Source: the human T2T-CHM13v2.0 reference genome, Homo sapiens
Assembly: GCF_009914755.1 (NCBI RefSeq)
Contig: NC_060930.1
DNA length: 64,000 nucleotides
Direction: 5' to 3' (one strand)
Shown here: piece after piece, positions 1 through 12,904 of the stretch
Position numbering within the stretch: position 1 is the first letter of the stretch
How the letters are laid out: each line of letters opens with the position of its first letter
Made by a program: the position numbers and the translations under genes
Notes under the pieces: model-generated
What the model saw: the letters and a program-made list of their open reading frames with translations, nothing else
Databases searched by the model: none
What the model was told of the DNA's origin: nothing

Positions 1-302
1 ACCTTGGACATCAAACTCCAGGTTCTTCAGCCTTTGGACTCTGGGACATTAACCAGCAGCCTCCCAGGGGCTCTGAGGCCTTAGGACTCAGACTGAGGGC
101 TACACTGTCAGCTTCTCTGGTTTCGAGGCTTTCAGACTTGGACTGAGCCATGCTACTGGCTTCTCTCTTTCACAAGCTTGCAGATGGCCTACTGCAGGCC
201 TTTGCATTGTAATCATGTGAGCCAGCTCTCTCTAATAAACTCCCTTTTACATATACATATATCCTGTTGGTTCTGTCCCTCTGGAGAACCCTGACTAATA
301 CA
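1..302 (+). mobile_element. MLT2B-type LTR (ERVL), 3' part, cut by the window edge
   Basis: Ends in the MLT2 terminus TCTGTCCCTCTGGAGAACCCTGACTAATACA and has an upstream AATAAA. Confidence 0.85.
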
Positions 303-304
303 CA

Positions 305-560
305 TATTAAGTTTGAGTCATCTAATAAATATTCAAGTGGCAATGTCGAGGAAATAGTTGGATAACTAAAACTAGATTTCAAAGCCAAAGTTGAGGTTAG
401 AAATTAAATTTGGGAATAGTAAATACACAGATGCTATTTAAAGTCATTGGGCTAGATGATATCATTCAGAAATTATTTAGATGCCTGCTACAGCTCCAGT
501 AGTGAAGTTTGAGCAACATGGAAAAGGACTAGAAAGCTAATCTGAGAAGGAGCTCTTAGA
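305..560 (-). mobile_element. L2 LINE fragment
   Basis: Degenerate match to antisense L2 (caagtggcaatgtc..., aaatttgggaatagt..., gatgctatttaaagtcattgggctagatg). Confidence 0.55.
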
Positions 561-944
561 CCAGATCCAAAAAAGCCAATGTAGAATTGATAATTGGTGA
601 TAATGATGACTCCGATTTGTTTTATTGGTGATTTCACTTCAATTTATTTCTACACCAATGAACAATAGGACAGAGGAAATACAAAATAAGATGTAAATAA
701 ATGGATGCAGAAGCTCACCAATGTCTCTAAAATTTTTTGTAATGGAACAAGTGTATTCCAACAGGCAGGACACACTCTCCAGGAAATGAGAAACTTCCCG
801 GGATGAAGGAGTAAGGGAGCCAGGAATGCTGCATTTTATAACATTAGAAGGGGAGCAGAGTCATGTTAGTGCTCAAGGATGTAACTAATTACAAGAAAGG
901 GAGTTACTCAGAGCTGTACATTTATCAATTTTTATATTTCTTCC

Positions 945-1278
945 TTTTTTTTTTTTTTTTTTTTTCTGAGACGCTGTCTCACTGTCTTGCTCTCTCACCA
1001 TCTTGCTCTCTAGCCCAGGCTGGAGTGCAATGGCAACGTCTCCGCTCACTGGAACCTCCACCTCCTTGAATTCAAGCAATTCTCTTGCCTAAGCCTCCCA
1101 AGTAGCTGGACTACAGATGCGTGCCACCACGCCCGGCTAATTTTTGTATTTACTTTTAGTAGAGAGGCAGTTTCACCATGTTGGCCAGGCAGGTCTCAAA
1201 CTCCTGACCTAAAGTGATCCGCCCCCCTCTGGCTCCCAGACTGTTGGGATTACAAACGTGAGCAACGGCGCGCAGACC
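945..1278 (-). mobile_element. AluS (Sx/Sz-like)
   Basis: Poly-T followed by a full antisense Alu dimer; small internal duplication tcttgctctct at 985 and 1001. Confidence 0.95.
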
Positions 1279-3979
1279 TCTGTCACCTTTTTAACACTAA
1301 GCTATTGGATTTTTTTGTCAAGGCATGCCATTAGAGGCTGCCACAAAACAATAAAAGATAAAATTCAAAAATAAATGTTGTCCCAGAAGCCTAGTAAGAA
1401 TAATGTATTTATTTTTTAAACGTTAAGGTTCAATTTCTCAAGGAAAATGAGGTCATACAACTAACTATCTGAGTTGGCAAAATGGAGAGAAAAACTGAGG
1501 ATCTTCTGAACTCACAATACTTTTATCACTTAATGGAAAACTCTTCATTATTAAGACGCTAACATTAAGCCCAAATCACACATGTTGCATGCATGCAAAA
1601 GTGTTTTCACACATACACACACAAACAAACACAATTTTAAACTCTGGTATAATGTTAATGCACTTCCAAAAAAAACAAACAAAAAAAAACCCTGGTAGAA
1701 AATGGCACAAATAAAGTAATTTAGATACAGTTAAAATGTCCACAATTACTGAAAATATGTAATTATGTATTTAAATAATCATTTTGAGGTAAATTTTAGC
1801 CATTCGTTGTGAAACATAAAATTAATAATCATAAAGAATGATTTTAAAGAAAACGTAAGATTATTGAGAATAAAGTTGTAAGTCTAAATAACTTTCACTT
1901 GGAGGATGAGAAACACATTTTAAGTGTTAAGGTATAAATAGTAAATAGAATATTATATAATTAGTTTGAACTAATATAAAAATAACATAAATTTCTCTGT
2001 AAAACTGGTCCTAACAATACATTGATCAACCTATAACTGAGCCATTAATTATGATACATTTCTGGTATAATAAAACAGCCATTTTAATTGCCCATTTCTA
2101 ATCTGCTTTAATAAGTCAAACAAATATTTTAAACAATCTTAAGTAACATGATGAAACTGAACTCAACAAAAGTTAATTACAAAAATAATGTGGTAAAATT
2201 AATGTGATAAAATTGTGCCTGCATTACACTAGAAAATGTTCAAAGGATATATATAGTTTTCTAGTAACAAAGCATTGTGGCCTTTTCAAATTCCAGTGGG
2301 CTTTGAAGACATACAAATGAAGTCTTATAAGAGCCAAATATATGATAAATATCTAAGATGTCCTTTAAATTATAGTAAGCAGTTACACAGAATCTCTTAC
2401 GCTTGTGTACAAATTTGATCTCAAATTTGTAAGATCTCTTAAAAACGCCAAAAAAAAAAAATGGGTAGGCATGTTTTTTTGTTTTTTCCCTGATGTGTCT
2501 TAATTGCTAGACCAGTTCCTGGCACTTAATAGTAGTGCTTGACAAATGAATGTGGAATAAGAAAATCAATGTCACCAACACCCAATAAATACAATTAAAT
2601 TTGAATTTTATACACTCTAATAATGCTTAATGATTTATTTGAGTATCTTTTAAATACTTTGTTGGTTTGACTGTTTAAAGCATTAGGTTAACTGATAATA
2701 AATATATTTCAAGGAATATTGATCCAAAAGCTTAAATATGCTCGTTTTGTTGCCTCAAAGTTTTTGAAGGTTTATTACTTGATGAAGAAGGTCCAACAAT
2801 CAAATAAACTGTCCCAAAAATGAAGTAATGAAACCTTGGAAAAAACAACCTTTAGTGAAACATTTTAAAATTAGTCACAGATACATATGAAGTGACATAT
2901 CACTGTAAAAATATGACATATATTTTGCTTTGAGTTTATGTTGAAGAGTCAATATTAGTTGATACTGAAGAAACCAATCTATGAAAAGAAAGAAACTGGG
3001 GAAAATATTCATTTGTGTCTTGTTTATATATTTACTACAGTTTAAAATGTTTGCTGTGTGAGTCAGATAGAACTTCTATAACATTAGTTTATAGAGCATT
3101 CTCCAGTGACACTCAGTTTAACATTAATTTCTAAAGAAATAATTGCAACTTATATTGGAAATAAAATTAAGAACTGTGTTATTAAGATTCTATCCTATGT
3201 CATACAAAATACATTTGAGATTGATTTCATTTTGAAAATGTTTTAATATATTAAATATGTATTTGAAATGTCAATGTAAACAATTATATTTATATTATTA
3301 ATTATATATTATGTTTATATTACATATTGATATTTTAAAATGTATTTGCTATTTTATCCTTAGTAATTATTTTGTGCTTTTATTTTACTTTATTTTTAAA
3401 TATATAGCATTGCATAATAAACACAAAATTAGTGTCATAGATACCTCAAAGAATCTCTTCCCAAAATCCACAATCCTAACACAATTTGAGAACTCAGAAA
3501 AAAAAAAAAAAGTGTTGGTGATCTTCATTGTTCCTCAATGCATTTCTGTTACTTTCTTCACCTGACTAATTCTCATTAAAAATGAAAATCCCGACAGAAA
3601 AGTAAATGTTATGGCTGTGCTGGCAACTTCTACTTTATGGTCCAATGTTTTTTACAGGTTATAGTTCTTTATTCATATAATTTTTACATTCAAATTTTGT
3701 TGGAAGCAGTACAAAACTTGTTTTCTAGCTCAAGTTAAATTAAAATTTAGGCACACTGGCTATTTACCTCACACATGAATATACTTAGGAAATAAAAAAC
3801 AGTTTTTAGAAATATTAATTATATTAATATGATACAGCAATAACTATATTAATTATATCAATACATATATTATACCAAAATATATAAAATATATTCTAAC
3901 AAGAAATAAAAATGCTAACTCTAAAAATTTTCACTTTGATATTACAATAGAAGCATTTAATATATTAAATGTTTTCCCC

Positions 3980-4560
3980 TGATGAATCTACCTGGCTCCA
4001 GTATTGATGACCCTCCCTCTTTTTTACTTATTCATCCTCTACGTAGTTGTCAGGTAGATTTGCGGATTTAAGAGATTTGTAGATTTCTTTTTCAGATAGT
4101 CTTCAATGTCACTGTTTGCATCCCTTTCAAATTCATTAGCATGAGATTTATGGTCCATTATTTATTCTAATCTCTCAAGTTATTTTCTGCTTTAATCCTA
4201 TGTACATTCTTCTCCAATACCATTTTAACATACTTAGAGTTTTCCATAACTTACCACCTTGAATCTCCATCATCTTAACAATGCCATTGCTCTACATAAA
4301 TATAATATTTTCTTCATTTAGATAGAAGTTAATGGCTTTTTTCCCTTCGATTGAGGTCTAGTATCACCTTTTCCAGAAAACATGATTTCATTTCTCAAGA
4401 TGGCATAATGTACTGATTTTTCTATTTGCCTATAAATTCCTATAATTTTATACATATTATTACCTTTATCTTATTTACAGTATGACAATTTTTTTTTCTG
4501 CTTCCCTTATACGTAGTATATTGCTCTACCAATAGTTCTTGAAATATTTGCTGCTGTTAA
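3980..4560 (+). mobile_element. L2 LINE fragment, highly diverged
   Basis: Pyrimidine-rich L2-like tract ending in an L2 3'-end-like motif (aaatatttgctg). Confidence 0.4.
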
Positions 4561-6835
4561 ACAGAAGAACCCATCAAAGAAAAATATCTCTAGGGCAAGT
4601 AAGATCTGCAACAGAAAAAATAAATGGGACTTGGATAAAAACAGACTTTGGATGAAAAAAACATAAATCTAAATTTTTAAAAAATTAACAATAACATCAA
4701 CAATTATCTAATTATTGCCCAATGTAAAATTCAGAAAATTGACACACTTTTCCAAATAAACCCTGAAATGCAGTTGTGAACACTGGGTCACTGTAATGAA
4801 ATAATATGTGCATCTTTTCTATGATTAATTTCTCTCCTTTCAGAGATGCTCTAATGTATTTTCTGCTGAAGTAAATAAAACACTTTACTTTTAATTATGC
4901 CCCATGAGAGAGAACATCTCTTCTAATTAAGTTTACAAAACTAGGTAATCTTATTTATCTAGGAGGTATAGCAACTATGCATATAGCTTAACTGTAGAAG
5001 CATAATCAAAGCTTTTAATTTTATCAAGTGATGTTAAATTTGGAATACAAATGTATGTGTTAACTGGAAGGTGGATGAAGATAAAATTTTAATATTAACA
5101 TAATACTAAGAAATACCTATATGTATTTTAAATACCTTTTCAAAAGTTAAGTGTTTGCAGTTGTGATCATTTAATTATGAGTGTGTTGGCTTCCTTACAC
5201 AAATCATGAATACTCTTCCAGAAAACAAGCCAATTCCAGGGACGTGTGAATTCCCACAAGTCCTAGAGTGCAATTAACTCTACTTCTAACCACGCTGTAA
5301 CACCTGCAGACAATGAAGAAATCTGTTACAAGAACTATTTCCATAGCATGAATATGCAAGCACCAGAATTAACGTAATTCATTCAGCTGCAGATTATCTA
5401 GGCTCCAGCCACAATACATTTTATTGCCATGTGTCAGTTCACTGACAGCTTCATAAATCCTGCTCAATAAACATTAAGTGTTTACATTCATTGTCTAGCA
5501 AATAGAGAAGCCTAGAGAAAGTTTTCTAGGATAGAGCAATGTAGTTTTGCATTCATACAATTAGAACTATTCTTATCTAAAGCTCTAGGCACTATGTCGG
5601 TATATATTTTCAACATTTGACGGGTATTATCTGGAACAACAAACTTCTGGCTGGATATAAACTGATCTTGCAGACAGAAAAGAAGCGTTATTTATTTTTA
5701 TGTCATGTATTTTTATTTTTGCTTTTCTCCTTAAATATTAGTTTGACCTCTGGATTGCAATGCAATGCACATGTTGTAATAAATAAAAGGGGCTTGGATA
5801 AAAGTGAAAATAGGGAAAATGAGATGAAGCGTTAAAGTATTTGACTTAAAGATTAGCTATCCATGGTTCAATTTTTAGCTCAGGTTGTTAAAATTATGTT
5901 TCCGTGAGAATTGCTACCCTTTTTCCTGTGATTTGATTGAGTGACTATTTTAAATAGACATATTGAAAATAGGTGAGAATGATTTTTTTCACGAATACTT
6001 CAAAATTAAATATATCTAATTTTCCTGCATTCATTCTTTACAAGATGAGACGTGAATCTAGACACTACAGGTTTTGTGAGGCAACCACACAAACCCTGGC
6101 TGTCTCGTAAATTTATAGTTCTTGGTTTCTTGCAGGGCTCAGTCTGCATGTATGGGAACGATTATTGAGGCTTTTTCTCCTTTTTCTTTCAGACTTCAGT
6201 TTGCATATTACACAATATTTCTAGCATTTTGTTCACCCAGCAGGCAACCCTGTTTGTGAGTATATGGAGGATAATTTAAATTTTATGTGTCTATTTGACT
6301 CTCAGGGAAAGTCCGTAAGTTGCAAAACTGAAGGTGGATGGGAAAATAAACTTCTCAGCTGGTACCCTGCCCCCCGCATCAACTACACTGTCTCTCTTCA
6401 GACACATTTTTCAAGATAAAGCAGCACTCTCCTGAGTCATGGGTTCTCTTACTTTTAGAGGAGGTACAATCAGAATCTCTCTAACTTAGGAGAAACTACT
6501 GTGAAAAGTGATTGCATTAGCGGGAAGAGGAATATGTCTCCCTTTCTGTAATGGTGCTTACTGCTTTATGCTCAGAGGTGATTCTTCTTCCTTCCTTTTA
6601 TGTGCAATCTGGGGCAACCAGGGTGGAAGAAAAGAGCTTTCAGAAGTGGATGTGAAATTTTTAATGCTAGTTCTGCTGAAATGGCCCTTATTTGAATTTG
6701 CATAATTGATAATGTCAGGCAATTAACACAATTAACTTAAATTGTTAACCTAATAGACTCTAGTGGTCTCCTCTTAACAACAAACTTTGAAAGCTCCCAC
6801 TCTACTCAGTAACTCATATTAATACAAGTCTGCTA

Positions 6836-8575
6836 ATAAATGATTTGGTTTCAAATTAACAGTTTTAAAATTTACACCGTACTTATTTAAGACCACACAC
6901 AAAATAAAAAGATAATAGTATTAGAGCAATATGATATCAAAACATTATGGAATGCTATATTATATTTACTCTTTCAATTTTTAAATAGGCAAATTTAAAA
7001 ATGGCAATTCTTAGAAATAAAATAAATTTTAATATTTATTGTAAAAGTAACTCAAAAACAGGTTTATGGATAGAGAGTTCATAAAAGGAAGAGAAATACG
7101 CAATAAGTCCATGAAAAGTTATTTACCCTCACTAAAAATTAAGCACATGAAATCTAAAGCAAAAACGTGATGAATTGTTTTGCTTATCAGATCAAAAAGG
7201 GGAAAATAATTTATTATAAGACATGAGAGTATAAGTAATGACATTGTAAATTGACACATACATTTTAGAGGGCAATTTTAAAATGTCTGTGAAAATATAA
7301 AATGCATATATGTCTTGACTCACCATTTCTGTTCCTAAAAGTATATCGTAAAACATTTGCAAACTATATATAGTTACAAAAGATTTTTTATTGTTAATTT
7401 GACTACGAAGGGAAAACAATAGAAACAAAAGACTAACCATATAAGACTAGTTATATAATAATGCATCCATACATATGCTTGTGTACATACCAAACATTTA
7501 GAAATATTATACAAGTGTGTCGTGTTTATTTTTGAAAATCGTATTTGAAGGAAAGGGCTTTTTATTCTTTTCTAGAAATATTTGCTTCAAAAATATTAAT
7601 TTTAACTTTTAAAATTATAATTAAAGAATCTTTCATATTCTCCATAGATTTTAAAATACATATATGTATGTTTACATGACAATACAGTGAAGAGATAAAT
7701 GGCTGAAATAAAGAGCTATGTGGCTGAAAAGCATACAGAAATAAAAGTAAAAGGTTTAAGGTTTTCCCTATAAAAGAAGAGCTAAAAGTAATAATACAGC
7801 TATCAAGTTTGGGAAAGGGAAATAGCAAGAAGATTAAGATAAGTGCACTAAATTCTCATTTTTTTTATTATAGAGTCAATAGATATTGTCCAGAGACATT
7901 AGACTTTAGAGTTCTAGGGATTAGAGTTTTAGAGTTTAAACATCAGAAGAAATAAAACTAGAAATATATGAAGGTGATTGCCTTGGGAGAATAACCTTGG
8001 AGGTGAGGAGGTGTGCAGCAGAAGCCTGTTTCTTTGGATCACAAGCTTTTGAGTACGTATTACTTTGATACTATTTTTAATAAAAATAAAAAATTGCCTG
8101 ATGGTACTGAGATGCCTGTCTTGAGTCCTTCCTTTCTAAAATTTAGTTATTTCCTCTTCTACTTCTATGTATTTTCCATATTTATTAGAGTACCAGTTAT
8201 CGTCTTAGAATCATTTGCTTGTATTTCTCAATGCAAAACAAAGAATAGGTTTCATATCTGCATATATATGTAGATTATTAGATAAGTATTGAGATGAAAT
8301 TTCAAGAAAAATAAAAATAGAAACTTCAGTTTTCCACTGAAAGACAGAATAAAAAAATACATTTTATTTACAAGCCACTTTTTAAACGTTTAAATTTATT
8401 GCCTTTTAAATTTGCCCATTTAAAATTTAATTAAAAGGACAAATACAATATAGCCTTATCTAATGTTTGGTATCATATTGTTCTTATATTATTCTTTATC
8501 TTTTTATTTCATATAAGTTCTTCAAATAAGTACCATGTAAATTTTAAAACTGTCAATTTTAAACCAAATTATTTT
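6836..8575. repeat. Inverted repeat with ~175-bp arms (6836-7010 and 8397-8575) and a ~1.4 kb spacer
   Basis: The reverse complement of 8397-8575 aligns colinearly with 6836-7010, e.g. atttggtttcaaattaacagttttaaaatttaca vs atttggtttaaaattgacagttttaaaatttaca. Confidence 0.9.
7080..8090 (+). mobile_element. Old L1M (L1ME-like) 3' fragment
   Basis: Motifs such as tgtaaattgacacatacattttagagggcaattt and aaatgcatatatgtcttgactc are typical of L1ME ORF2 end / 3'UTR. Confidence 0.55.
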
Positions 8576-9563
8576 TCTGAAAGCACGTAGTAGCTTTATA
8601 AAGGGAAAGGATAAATATATGGTTTTCCAGTCTAGTTTGTTCTTTAATCACACAACATAACCTCAAGCATAAACCATAAATGATAATATTTCAAATCTGC
8701 ATTTGAGAATAAAATAACAGGGAAGTGGATATGGATATCATGGAAATGGGGATATGTAGCAATTTTTCCTTTACTTCAAGCTTTGAGTTTGTTAGCAGAG
8801 AGAAAATCCATTAGCACAGTATAAAGCATGATCCTGTCTTCTTCATTTGACAGATGAAAAAAAGTGCTTATCAAGAATACACAGACATTCAATACTTCAA
8901 TCCTGGTGCTTTTATATGCAGTATCTATCCTTAATTAAACCAAGTATCTTTCTTAGTAAATCTCATTCTGAACTTCATAGGATTTCAAAACATCAATCAT
9001 TAAAACACATTATTTACATTTGCCTCTAAGTCTTTGAAAAGGCCTGCAAAACCAAGGGAGTTTCACAGAATGCTATGAGCCATGGAGGTGAGAATTCATG
9101 TAACATTACCTGTGAAATTATAAGTGACACAAAAAATGGCATTCAGTCATGAATTGAAGTTCTCATCCATTATCATATTTCTAAAATATACTGTGGCCTT
9201 ACACATTTTCTATTCTATTAAAGTATACATCTTCACATTGTTTCATATTTCATGCACCTAATTTTCAGAATGTGGATCTATAGTTATATATGTAATGTCT
9301 TCTAATTGGTTCGATTTCTGGTTCTAATGTGTGCCTTGCTCATATAATAGGGAACAGTGCACATTTCCTTTTGTGAACACTGATTTTCTCTGACCCATAT
9401 GATGTTGATGTGAATTCCTAAGATGTATTCTTTTTTAAAAATGTGAAGATAATTGAAACATACAAGGAATGTAGGCACAATGAAACAAAGCTATTTAAAA
9501 ATTAACCTAGAACCTACAATCAAAAAGCAAAACAAAGCAAAACCAAACCAAAAAAGCCATTGC

Positions 9564-9745
9564 TCTAGTGGTTGCTGTGGTGTCCTGTCAGGAATCTCCC
9601 TTCAGGACTCAGGCACTTTTTACCGCAACTGAAGGCTCACAGGTAGCGGTCTCCTCAGCGATGCCCAGGGGAATGTCTAGTTGATTTGGAAGCACAGAGG
9701 ACAAGTCCCCTTTTCTTATTTTGGGATAACCCTGACTATGATCGA
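9564..9745 (+). mobile_element. LTR16-type (ERVL) LTR fragment
   Basis: tagtggttgctgtggtgt...ccttcaggactcaggcact resembles the LTR16C 5' end. Confidence 0.6.
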
Positions 9746-9764
9746 TGGAACTGATTATTTGATA

Positions 9765-10520
9765 TTCACAATAAGTGGAATAATGCCTATGTACTCTTGT
9801 ACTCTTGTTTGCTTGACTTATTTAACTTTGCATAATGATTTTTTGATTGATCCATATTGTTGAGTGTTTCAGTAGTCTGCTTTTTTATTGCTGAGAAGTA
9901 TTCCATTATATAGTTACACCATAGGTCATTATCCTATTCAGTTGTTAATGATCATTTGAGCTGTTTCCAGTTTTTGTCAATTACCCATAATCAGCTTCAT
10001 TTTCTATGGTGTGTGTGTGTGTGTATGTGTGTGTGTGTCTGGGTGTGTTTCCATATAAAGTTTAAGGTGACAGATGTTTTCCCCCCAGTACTTTTAGATG
10101 CCATGCCAGTCAATACCTTTTGGCCTGCGTATTTTCATGATGAGACATTAGCCATCATTCTTATTTTGTTCTTCTGAATTTAATGAAGCTCCAACGGCTT
10201 AGTAGCTGTATAGGCAGCTTAGAATTTAGTCAAAGACTTGTGGGAACTCCTATGTAGATTTTTGAAGCTCTTTCTTCTAAGCTGATCTGTGAGACTATTG
10301 TGCCCTACATGGATGACCCCTCCCCTCTCCAGCGCTGGTAAACACCGCTGGATAGAAAACCGGACAGGCATGGGATTCTTTGTTTGGCTTCTCTGAGGGA
10401 TTACAGTCCTGAATACCTGTTGTTCAACCTCTGAAAACATTGTTTCATACATTTTATTTATATTTTTTAGTTGTTTCTGGAGGAAGGACTAGTCCAATCT
10501 TGTGTAGCATGATGGAAATC
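9765..10520 (-). mobile_element. Old L1M fragments (3' end and 5' region) with a (TG)n tract at ~10008-10047
   Basis: ttttattgctgagaagtattccatt... and gggattacagtcctg...tctgaaaacattgtttcata are antisense L1M motifs. Confidence 0.6.
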
Positions 10521-10890
10521 CATCTCAATCAATTTTAAATATGCATTCTGGTGTTTACAAATGAAGTCGAATGTATTTTTATATAAAAATCTTTTCATAT
10601 GTTTTCTCTTGTGTAATAATTATTATTTTTTCTTGATTACATTTTGCCATTTTAAATTTATTTAGGGCTCTATACATTTAGAAAAAATTCTTTGCTTTAT
10701 ATGTGGTACAATACTTCTCAAATTTTGAGTACCTTTTTACTCTATTTTGAAAAACAGAATGTCTTATTTCTAATCCTCTTCACTCTATCTTGAAAATATG
10801 CTTGATATCTGACTACTTTGCATCTATACCATTGCAACTACCCTGTTGCAAATCATACGCATGATTTCAATAATACTATAACTGCTTTTT

Positions 10891-11229
10891 AAAAAAATTT
10901 TAATTAATTTTATTTTTATTTATTTATTTATTATTTATTTTAAACGGAGTTTCACTTTTTTTGCCCAGGCTGGAGTGCAATGGGTGATCTCGGCTCACCG
11001 CAACCTCCACCTCCCGGGTTCAAGCGATTCTCCTGCCTCAGCCTCCCGAGTAGCTGGACTTATCGGCATGTACCACCATGCCCGGCTAATTTTGTATTTT
11101 TAGTAGAGAAGAGATTTCTCCATGTTGGAGAAATCTCCATGCTGGTCTCGAACTCCCAGCCTCATGTGATCTGCCTGCCTTGGACTCCCAAATTGCTGGG
11201 ATTACAGCTGTGAGCTACCATGCCTGGCC
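10891..11229 (-). mobile_element. AluSp
   Basis: Sp-type positions (gtttcact, caccgcaacc, tttctccatg); TSD t(a/g)taactgcttttt at 10877-10890 and 11230-11243. Confidence 0.92.
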
Positions 11230-11404
11230 TGTAACTGCTTTTTTTACATGTTGACTTTAGTTAAGGATTCCATCTCTCTTGACTTGCTGGAGTCCATTAT
11301 TGATTAATAAGTACTTCTGTTTTTGCTCTTACAATTGCTTCCATTTGAATAAGTTACATGGTCACCCTACATATGGATGATTCTCTAGAATTCGAGCAGC
11401 CAGA

Positions 11405-12270
11405 ATAATTTACTAATTGTAGCTAGTATATACAAATATAACTAATATTTGGATATCGACTTTATGTTTTGTAAATTTGCTGTGCTACCTTAATTAACTT
11501 TAATCATTTGTCAGTAGGTCCTTTGGGTTCTCCATGTAGGCAACTGTAGCACTTCTAAACAATGATAATTAAATTCTTGTAATTCCTATCACTTTTTTAC
11601 AGTTTTCATACTGCACAGATTAAAACTTCTGTAGAGCATCGAATATAATTGGTTATAGCAAGCCTCACAATGTACTGATTTTTATGAGATTTCTTTTATA
11701 TACAGACATGAAAAATGATGGTTCCTGCAATATTTTGGAAGCCATCATTTGTTAGTTTAAAGATGTTGCAATTTGTTCTGTTTCCTGCTTTTTGAAAAAA
11801 ATCATGATTTAATAGTGAATTCTAGCAAATGCATCAATTGAGATAATTTTATTGTTTTAATTTTCACCATTCATGTGATAAATTATTTTCAGATATTTCA
11901 AGTGCTAACATTCTGTGACAGTTCGTTTGTAGAATAATGAAAACATATTAATGCTATATTATCTTTTTCTGCCACACTTTTAAAATTGATTCACTTTATG
12001 TGTTTAGGATATTTGTATATACAAACATAAGTGAAATTAGTTTTCATTTATCATGGTATTTATACTGAAATTCACATTAATCTCAGAATAATTTGGGGAG
12101 TCTTCCCTCTTTTTACTATTATCTGAAAGAGGTTTTTTTTGGTGAATCTTGATTATTTGACAGACTTCAATTGTAAAATTCCTCATTCTATTGTTTTCTG
12201 TATGGAATATTTTAAATCCTTATTCAAATGTGTAAAAGTGCTATCATCATTCAGGATTCTATTTGTCCCT
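11405..12270 (-). mobile_element. Old L1M ORF2 relic
   Basis: Degenerate antisense L1 RT-region sequence (aaatttgctg..., ctttgggttctccatgtagg..., agtgaattctagcaaatgc). Confidence 0.6.
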
Positions 12271-12275
12271 AGTTC

Positions 12276-12515
12276 CTTGTTGAGCTGGTAAATTTTTAAT
12301 AGGAACTCTCCAGGGAAAACAAACAAACGAAACAACAACCACCAAAAAAAAAAAAAAAACATAATTTGTAGTGTTGGCCAATTTCCATGGTGTGAATATT
12401 CACAACATGGCCAAGTTTAATCTACCAATGCAATGTAACTGAATCCAGAGTTAGGAAGAATTGTACCTTACCAGCTCTTCCAAGTCAGCGCAAATTGGCT
12501 CCAGAACAGTTAACT
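12276..12515. mobile_element. MER63 (hAT-Blackjack DNA transposon relic)
   Basis: gctggtaaat... atttgtagtgttggccaatttccatggtgtgaata... ggctccag matches the MER63A layout. Confidence 0.7.
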
Positions 12516-12517
12516 AC

Positions 12518-12620
12518 TGTGAAGATCTGAGATTTCACCCTGTTTGCAAGCTGAAAAGCCATGGTAAGTCACAGTTTTTTAAATGGTGAGAGAAAACATG
12601 AGCCTCCTGATTCAATAAAA
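12518..12620 (-). mobile_element. ERVL-type LTR fragment
   Basis: tgtgaagatctgagatttcaccctgtttgcaagct resembles an old ERVL LTR terminus; family and strand uncertain. Confidence 0.4.
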
Positions 12621-12640
12621 AAAAAAAAAAATTACCCATA

Positions 12641-12841
12641 TGCTACTGCTTGAATGTGTCTCACCAAATTTTATGTGTTTAAAACTTGCCTAAGTGTTGA
12701 GAAATGGGACTTTGGGGAGGAGACTGGATCATCATAGCTCTGCCCTCATAAATAGAGTAATCCATTCATGAATTATTGAATAATTAAATTAATGAGTTAT
12801 CCAGGGAGTGCATTAGTTACCCTGAGAGTAAGTCTGTTACA
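12641..12841 (+). mobile_element. MST (MSTC/D-like) MaLR LTR, 5' part
   Basis: tgcta...gaatgtgtc, ctctgccctcat..., aatccattcatg. Confidence 0.65.
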
Positions 12842-12904
12842 TGTCACTTGATCTGTATACTTCTGTAAATTTTAATTCTGTAATCTCTATAATATCATTC
12901 TAGT

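Noticed and set aside
4826-4880. Possible small exon (ttctctcctttcag acceptor, gtaaat donor)
   Set aside because: Weak donor, no partner exons and no coding signal
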